Shown piece by piece: positions 56,892 through 64,000 of a stretch of 64,000 bases of DNA. The stretch's first letter is position 1. Every line of letters begins with the position of its first letter. This DNA comes from Longimicrobiales bacterium (GTDB taxonomy: Bacteria; Gemmatimonadota; Gemmatimonadetes; Longimicrobiales; Gaopeijiaceae), in NCBI GenBank assembly GCA_965226375.1, contig CBDDCX010000008.1, forward strand, positions 928,001 through 992,000, given 5' to 3'. The notes beneath the pieces are model-generated. The model ran no database searches. It saw only the letters and a program-made list of their open reading frames with translations, and was not told the origin of the DNA. Both the position numbers and the translations under genes were made by a program.

Positions 56892-58859
56892 TTAATCACG
56901 ACCCGGGTTCGGTGGGCTGTTCGCTTTCGTCTCCTCATCGAATGGCGCCACTCCGGTGCCTGGGCAGAAATCTCCGGTGCCCCGGAAATGGGTGTTCAGG
57001 CACTTCAACTCCGAGCCGAGGGTCTGCAGCAAGTCCACCGTCGCAGGGTACGGCGGCCGGGAGAAGTAGCCGGCCCTGCCTCCGCGGGCCATGTCGGCCG
57101 TGGATTGGCCGAGCCTGCTGAGCGCCCTCACGTCGGCGCCTCTCGGGACCAGGTACTCGATGAGGTCGTTGTCGCCCCGGACCGATGCGTAGTGGAGCGG
57201 TGTGTAGCCCCACCCATCGGGCAGGGTGACATCAGCGCCGTGCTCTTCCACCAAGTACTCGACCACGTTGAGAAAGTTGTTCGGCACGCTGTTCATCATG
57301 AAGGGTCCGAGCCCCATGTACCCGCCCCCCGCCGCCGCGTGGATGGCGTACATGTTGGGCGTGCCCTCGGGCAGCATCGGGAGCCCCGAGTCCTCCTGCA
57401 GGCGCCCGTCATTCTGCCGCCCCTCCCTCAAGCCGGGCTCCGGCAAAGTGGTCGGCATGTTCGGGTCTGCGCCGAACGTCGCCAGCGCTTTCATCGCGTC
57501 GAGATCCTGCGCGAGCGCGGCCCGCCAGAAGGGGGTCGCGCCTGTCAGGTCGAGGCCGAGCTTTCCCCGGAGAAAGTCCGCGTGCCAGAGATGGCTCTTC
57601 AGGGCCACGTTCGGGTTCGCGCCAGCCTCGAGAAGCGCATTCAGCACTTCCATGTGCCGAGTCTGCTCGTTGTCCTGCGCCCGGGGCTGTGGGTGGTCGG
57701 TGTACTTGAACGCCCACTGAGTCTGCAGCACCGCGAAGAGGGGTGAGATACCATCGGTGTCGGTGGCAGGATCCGCGCCGCGTTCGATCAGCCTCATTGC
57801 CAGGTCGAACCGACCATTCAGAAGCGCGATCAGGAGAGGACTGCTTCCGTCGCCGCTGACCTGGTCGATGTCGGCCCCGCCGTCCAGGAGAGCCGCCGCC
57901 GCTCCGATATGGCCCTCACGTGATGCGTGCAGGAGAGCCGTCATCCCGCCCGTCTTACCGACCAACGTCTCGAACTGCGGGCGAGCGAGGATCTCATTTT
58001 CGGCTTCGTAGCCCGAGGGGGTATTCCAAGCCGGTCGGCGAATCGCGAGATCGTCGGGATCGAAGTCCGCGAGCAACGCCTCGATCTGTTCCTCAGAGCT
58101 CAAGAACTCCCGCTGGACGCCGAGGGCTACCTGCAACTCCGCGTCGCTCAAGGCCCTGTTGGTTCCCTCTACGGAACTCCTTCGGATCTCCGTGAACGCC
58201 TCCCTCAAGCGTCCCTCCGCCGCCCTGTCGATCGCCATCCTCTCGAGGACATCGACGACCTCCGTGCGGATCAGCGGATCCGCGCCGTGCCTCAAGAGCT
58301 CTCGGACCGACGCGACGCGACCACGGGCGGCCGCGAACATCAGGGGCGTCTGTCCGGCGGCGCTTTCGCGCGCATCGACCGTCACGCCGTGCTCCAGCAG
58401 TGCCTGGACCGTGCTCTCGCCGTTCAGCGCCTTCGCGGCGAGGTGGAGGGGGGTCACTCCGGTGCGCGACGTCATCGCAGTCGGGTCGGCACCGGCGTCG
58501 ATCAGCGCGCGAACGACCGAGGCGTGAGCGCCCCCGCTGGCCAGGTGCAGCGACGTGTGGGCGCCGATGCGCGTCTTCGCCTCGACATTCGCCCCCACCT
58601 CGATCAGAAGCTGGGCGATCTCGAGGCTCCCCTGCTGGGCGGCCAGGTGCAGTGCGGTCAGGCCGTCCCCTCGAGCTACATCAGGATCGGCGCCGCCCTC
58701 GAGAAGAGACCGGACGGCGACCACGTCACCGCGCTTCGTCGCGTCCAGGAGCGGACTGTCCTCCGGATGCGCGGCGTTCGTGGCACCAGCCGACAGCGCG
58801 AACGCTAGGACCGCACTGGTCAGACCCACCCGCCTTCGCCTGATCATGCTCCCTATCAT
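56892..58859 (-). CDS. Exported ankyrin-repeat protein
   Basis: Signal peptide; many GxTPLH/GxTALH...GAD repeats. Confidence 0.9.
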   Translation of the reverse strand: MIGSMIRRRRVGLTSAVLAFALSAGATNAAHPEDSPLLDATKRGDVVAVRSLLEGGADPDVARGDGLTALHLAAQQGSLEIAQLLIEVGANVEAKTRIGAHTSLHLASGGAHASVVRALIDAGADPTAMTSRTGVTPLHLAAKALNGESTVQALLEHGVTVDARESAAGQTPLMFAAARGRVASVRELLRHGADPLIRTEVVDVLERMAIDRAAEGRLREAFTEIRRSSVEGTNRALSDAELQVALGVQREFLSSEEQIEALLADFDPDDLAIRRPAWNTPSGYEAENEILARPQFETLVGKTGGMTALLHASREGHIGAAAALLDGGADIDQVSGDGSSPLLIALLNGRFDLAMRLIERGADPATDTDGISPLFAVLQTQWAFKYTDHPQPRAQDNEQTRHMEVLNALLEAGANPNVALKSHLWHADFLRGKLGLDLTGATPFWRAALAQDLDAMKALATFGADPNMPTTLPEPGLREGRQNDGRLQEDSGLPMLPEGTPNMYAIHAAAGGGYMGLGPFMMNSVPNNFLNVVEYLVEEHGADVTLPDGWGYTPLHYASVRGDNDLIEYLVPRGADVRALSRLGQSTADMARGGRAGYFSRPPYPATVDLLQTLGSELKCLNTHFRGTGDFCPGTGVAPFDEETKANSPPNPGRD

Positions 58860-60277
58860 GCTCCCACCTCGGACCCCGCCTTCTGGCTCCTGGGGAAGCT
58901 CAACGGGAACTCGCCCGTGCTGTCACCGAACTGCTGCATGGGGTCGTGTCCCATGCTCTGCATCAGGCTCACGAACACGTTGGCCATGGGTGTGCCTGTC
59001 GGAGCCCTGAGGTGGAGGTTCCCCTCGAGCGCACCGTTCGCGTGGCCCATCAGGAGGAGCGGGCAGCGCCGATGATTGTGCAAGTTGGGGTCCCCCATCG
59101 GAGAGCCCCAAATGATGGCCGTCTTGTCCAGCAGGGAAGCGTCGCCCTCCATGGTGCTCTTCATCCTCTCCAGGAAGTACGCCATCTGACTCAGGCGGTA
59201 GGTGTTGATGACGTTGAATTCCCTGATGGCGCCGTGGACGTTGCCGTGATGCGACGCCCCGTGGAACGACTTGTTCGTACCACTGTCCGGGAAGGTGCTG
59301 TTCTGCAGATCGAATCCGGTCTTGAAGGTGATCACCCGGGTGAGATCCGCCTGGAGAGCGAGTACCTGGAGGTCGAACATCAACCGCATGTGGTCTTCCC
59401 AGCGGTCGGGGATGCCCGACGGCGCCTCCGGCATCTGCCGCTCCTCGCCGCTGGTGTTCTGTGCCTCGACCAGCCCGATCCTCCGCTCCAGCTCGCGGAT
59501 GTGCGTGGTGTACTGGTCTAGGGCCCGCCGATCGACAGCCCCCAGCTCCCTCTTCAGATCGGCCAGCCCGCTCGCGACCCAGTCGAGCAGGCTCCGGTTG
59601 GTCTGTAGCCGGCTGGCGCGGTCGGCGGGGGAGTCACCGGAGCCGAAGAGCTGCTCGAACACCACCCGGGGCTCACGGATCGCCGGAAGCGGCTGGGTCG
59701 GAGACGCCCATGCTAGCGTAGTCGTGTACGCGCAGTGGTAGTTGTAGGCGCACCCGCCTCCCCGGTCCATTTGCTCGGTCGTGATCTCCAGCGACGGTAG
59801 CGCGGTCTCCTGGCCGAAGCGCTCCGCGTGCACCTGATCCAGGGACTTGCCGATGAAGACGTCCGCTTGCGTCTGGAGCGGATGGGACTGGGTCAGGAAG
59901 ACCGCAGTCGAGCGATCGTGGTCGCCGCCGATCTCCTCGGCGCGGTAGGGCTCAGCCATGCGGCAGTCCGTGTTGCTGACCACGGTCAGGTAGTCCCGGT
60001 ACGCCTCGAGCGGCTTGAGCTGGCTGTCCGTCTTGAACTCGAAGTCGCGGCCGACCTTCGCAGGAGCGAAGAGGTTCTGCGAGTCTCCCCAGTCGTTCCC
60101 TCCCGCACATCCCATCGACTCCTCGACGCAGACCAGGCGAGTGAACTGCTCCTGCGCGGGGTCACGCCAGCCCCTCCCGGCCGGTACCATCGCGTCCAAG
60201 AAGGGAAGGGCCACCGACGCCCCCGTGCCACGGATGAAGGTGCGACGCGAAAGGTGTCTACCAGTGATGAAGTTCAT
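58856..60277 (-). CDS. DUF1552 domain protein
   Basis: Tat-like SRRTFIRG...VALPFLDAM, PRVVFEQLFG, LALQADLTRVIT, HGASHH. Confidence 0.88.
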   Translation of the reverse strand: MNFITGRHLSRRTFIRGTGASVALPFLDAMVPAGRGWRDPAQEQFTRLVCVEESMGCAGGNDWGDSQNLFAPAKVGRDFEFKTDSQLKPLEAYRDYLTVVSNTDCRMAEPYRAEEIGGDHDRSTAVFLTQSHPLQTQADVFIGKSLDQVHAERFGQETALPSLEITTEQMDRGGGCAYNYHCAYTTTLAWASPTQPLPAIREPRVVFEQLFGSGDSPADRASRLQTNRSLLDWVASGLADLKRELGAVDRRALDQYTTHIRELERRIGLVEAQNTSGEERQMPEAPSGIPDRWEDHMRLMFDLQVLALQADLTRVITFKTGFDLQNSTFPDSGTNKSFHGASHHGNVHGAIREFNVINTYRLSQMAYFLERMKSTMEGDASLLDKTAIIWGSPMGDPNLHNHRRCPLLLMGHANGALEGNLHLRAPTGTPMANVFVSLMQSMGHDPMQQFGDSTGEFPLSFPRSQKAGSEVGA

Positions 60278-62725
60278 GGCTGGTTGCTCCCTGAGTCGTC
60301 CGTGCTGGTCTGCGTTTGTCTCATCTGGAACGGATCGCTCATGACGATTCCTCTGATGAGCGACGCCATCCTGTAGTCGTTCGTCTCAGCCGCCCGCGTG
60401 ATGATCCGGATTGTCGGTTGGTCGAGGTAGTTCGTGGGACGCCCGATCGCGTAAGTCAGCAGGTGCTCCGTAAAGTTGCGCACGAGCGGGATGGGACGCT
60501 TCAGGAGAACGTCGGCCAACTGGCTGGGCGTGCCGATCGTCGTGCCGTCGTAGAAGACGCCTTCGGTGTCCAGCGGTGCATTGTTCTCACGGATCCGCCA
60601 GGCGCCGGTGACGTCGAAGTTGTCGAGCGCGAGCCCGATCGGGTCGATGAAGTTGTGGCAGGAGCTGCAGACCGGGTTGCTACGGTGTTGTTCCATTCGC
60701 TCACGGGTGGTCAGGAGACGACCCGCAGTGGCGGTCGGGGACTCGTCGAGCGTCGGCACGTTGGGCGGGGGAGGCGGGGGTGGCGTCCCCATGAGCACCT
60801 CCATGACCCACTTCCCACGCAACACCGGCGACGTTCGAGCCGACATCGAGGTCAGGTTCAGGATGCTTCCATGGCCGAGGATTCCCCGTCGCTGGTCGTT
60901 GGGGTATATAACGCGGCGGAATTCCTGTCCGGAGACCCCCTCGATGCCGTAATGCTTGGCCAGACGCTCGTTGAGGAACGTGTAGTCCGCGTTGAAGAGC
61001 TCGAGCAGGCTCCGGTCCTCGCGGACCAGGTACTGGAAGAGTAGCTCGGTCTCCCGCACCATCGCCTCGGCGAGCTGTTGCGAGAAATTCGGGTACAGGT
61101 ATGCTTCGGGCCAGACCTTCCCCACGTCCTGCAGCCGCAGCCACTGATGGGCGAAGCGTGTGGCCAGCGTCTCGGATCGCGGATCCGCCAGCATGCGCCC
61201 GACCTGCCGCTCGAGCACGGCGGGCTCGGAAAGCCGGCCGTCCTCGGCGACCTCGAGGAGCTCGTCGTCGGGCGCGGAGTCCCAGAGGAAGAAGGACAGC
61301 CGCGACGCGAGGTCGAGGTCCGTCAGTCGATAGACCTCACCCGCCCGGGTATCGGTGGGCTCCCGCTCCAATCGGAACAGGAACTCGGGCGAAACGAGAA
61401 TTGCCTGCAACCCTGCTCGCACCCCGAACTCGAATCCCTCGTCGGCAGCCGCCGCATCATAGAAATCCATCAGCTTCGCGAACTTGCTCCGGGGCGGCGT
61501 TCGCCGATACGCCTTGCGTCGCGAGTTCCATGAGTATCGACTCGGCGCAGGGACGCTCCTCCTCCGGCACCTTCGGGTAGCAGGCGAACACCTCTTGTCG
61601 ACTCGTGGTCTCGGACACGCCGGTCACGTTGTCCGGGCCCGTGATCAGAAGCTCGGAAAGATGCGTCAGTCCGGTGACGCCGTACCGCCCCAACGCCGTC
61701 CCACTCGTCGACCACTCCGCAGGACTGAACCGGTCCTCGTAGGGACCTTCGATGAGGTTCACGAACGCCGCCGATACCCTGCGCTGGCCCGCACGGACGA
61801 AGATCGGCTCGGTTCGGATGGCCGGGATCGTCGTGCCTGCGTTGTGTTCGAGCATCAGGAGCGCGACCGGCTCACCGTCTATCGAAATATCGATGTCCTC
61901 CTGGGCCGTCGAGTTCCCACTCCCGAAGGTGGTCTCCACCTGGAAGACGTACTCAGCGTCCGCGGGAAAGTCGTGCGTCACGACAATGCCCCCCCGGGTC
62001 CCGAACGGTGCGCCTTCGACGTGATCCCAGGCGCGCTGCGAGACCTCCAATGGGTTCTTGTGCTTCGTCGTGGAGGACTCTACGTCGGGGTTTCCGAGGG
62101 CGAGTCGGCTGATGTCGGCTGCGGCCCGCAGATACGAATCCAGAAGCGTGGTCGAGAGCGCCTGGGCGGCAGACATGTTGTCGAAGCTGCCCACGAGAAC
62201 GTCGGGGGGGAGCCACGTCCCTGCGTCCACCTCCAGGGCGAGGAGGTCATGGATGACGTGCTCGTACTCAGTCCGACTGAGCCGCTGGAACCGACGCACG
62301 CCCACGTTGGGAGCGGCTCGGGCCGCTTGGTCGACGTCCGACTCCAGGGTCTCCGCCAGCGTCAGGAGGGTGTCACCGCCGGGGCGCGGCATGCCGGGGG
62401 GCGGCATCATCCCCGCGCGCAGCTTCCGGATCATCTTCTCGGCCGTCTCGGCCTGATCCGGGGCACTCTCGACGGAGAAATGCTGGAGCGACAGGGTTCC
62501 GGTGAGCAGCGCGTCGTTGTGGCACGCCACGCAGTAACGCTGCACCACTTGAGTCAGCGTGTCCCGCGGTACCGGCGAAGAGGAAGGATCGGCTTCGGCC
62601 GCGATGGGAGCGGAGTAGACGGCGCCTACGTCGTACGCGTTTGGGAGCGACAACACGTCGGACGGGCCGCTGCCGATCAGCAGCAACATCCCTGCAAAAA
62701 CGCCAGAAAGGGAGAGTGTCTTCAT
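60274..62725 (-). CDS. DUF1592 (DUF1587/1595/1592/1588/1585) c-type heme protein, frameshifted near 61480-61520
   Basis: Signal peptide, CVACH, RLSRTEY, AYRR, LVSPEFLFR, LASRLSFFLW, RTSPVLRGKW, CSSCH; split across ORFs 61457-62740 and 60274-61470. Confidence 0.85.
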
Positions 62726-62945
62726 GCTCCGTCCTGACAAGACTTCGAGAACTGCACGGCCCTGCCCAGGTTAAGATACAGACCGGTTCATGGTCGGCAA
62801 CCAATCGGTGTCATGCCGATGGATCTCGCAACCCCGGCCGGACCTGCTCCGAGAAGGCGCTTCCGCCAACGAGCCAACGTGGTGTCCGCGGTCGCATTCC
62901 AGACCTTCCTTGTGGCCTGACACACCATAGCGGCATCTTGCGGCC

Positions 62946-63939
62946 ATGTCCGACGCCATCTCCCGCCTGAACACAGCCCTAGAAGGCCGCTACGCCATCG
63001 AGCGTGAGCTCGGGGTGGGTGGACATGAGTGGTGTGATCGACATCATCGATACGCCTGGTGCATCCAGCTTCGGGGACATCGACAATATCTCGCTCTCTC
63101 CCGACGGGCGCTACGTCGCGATCGAGGCCGGCGACGAGCTCTCCAGTGCTAACGACCAGCCGATGCAGATCTGGATCTACGACTCCGACCAGTTCTCCGC
63201 GACGCGCCTGACGTTTCAGGGGGCGCGAAACGCCCAACCGCGCTGGATGCCGGATGGGCGCCACGTCGCCTACATCTCCAGCCAGGTCGACGGGCCCGAC
63301 GGTATCTGGATGCAGCCGTTCGACCGCACCGGAACGGATGAACTCGTCGTCCAGACGGACTGGCCTGTCGAGGCGTTTGACGTAGCCGCTGTAGAGGGGC
63401 TCCCCATGATCCTGACGGATGCGTCCGGCCCGACCCGTGATCTGTGGTTGGCCTATCCGGGAACGTCGGAGGTGGAGCCGTTTCTCGTCACCGATTTCTC
63501 GGAACGTCTGCCTCGGATCTCGCCCGATGGCCAGTGGGTCGCCTACGTGTCCGACGAGTCCGGCCAGGACGAGGTGTACGTCCGCTCATTTCCAGAGGGG
63601 GGACGGCCGTGGCCCGTCTCCAGGAGTGGCGGCTCCCTGCCCATATGGAGCCACTCCGGTGACGCAATCTTCTTTGTCAGGCAGGGATTCATGATGGAGG
63701 CCCGTTTGTCCCTGAGAGACGAGGTGCGCATCGTCGAGGAAAGCACGCTCTTCGAGACTACCGGCATCGACGCAACTTCGTTCGGAAGCGGCTCGGCCTA
63801 CTACGACTTATCGGGGGACGACGAGCGTTTCCTCGCGCCGCTCGCTCTTTCGGCCACGAACGTTCTGGGGGTCGAGAACGCGGAGACCGTCGTGGTGCTC
63901 AACCTCTTCGAGGAGCTTCGCCAGCGGATGGGGAATTGA
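62946..63939 (+). pseudogene. Ser/Thr kinase-TolB-like beta-propeller gene with the kinase domain deleted
   Basis: MSDAISRLNTALEGRYAIERELGVGG (kinase start) joined out of frame to WVDMSG...SPDGRYVA...SPDGQWVAYVSDESG...VVLNLFEEL. Confidence 0.75.
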
Positions 63940-64000
63940 AGCCCAACTAGAGCGCCGGCCGCCCCCTCAGCGGCCGTCTACGTCCCCCAGGAAGGCGGCG

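Overview
GC-rich bacterial chromosomal window; gene styles suggest Gemmatimonadota, which is an inference. Positions ~1-46.9 kb are core genome: a beta-repeat protein, a hybrid sensor kinase, a thioesterase, a TPR protein and a contiguous division/cell-wall cluster (mraZ-rsmH-ftsL-ftsI-murE-murF-mraY-murD-ftsW-murG-murC-ftsQ-ftsA-ftsZ). These are followed by an M23 peptidase, ftsY, recG, asnS, a D-2-hydroxyacid dehydrogenase, mazG, alr, two envelope proteins, mtaB, miaB, comEC, fbp and a ~1050-aa acidic surface lipoprotein. That lipoprotein has a sigma54-type promoter and a 1-nt frameshift in its signal peptide. From 46.99 kb an accessory region begins with a class IIC group II intron inserted behind a terminator. 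It continues with two IS481-like remnants, an orphan integron gene cassette with partial attC sites, and an IS3-like element splitting a lipoprotein gene, then katG, an SDR, a DUF1592-DUF1552-ankyrin operon and an internally deleted Ser/Thr kinase. The least explained non-coding features are a pair of divergently oriented long hairpins with a shared core in the asnS-hydroxyacid dehydrogenase spacer (30.9-31.3 kb) and a four-unit tandem hairpin array right after ftsZ.
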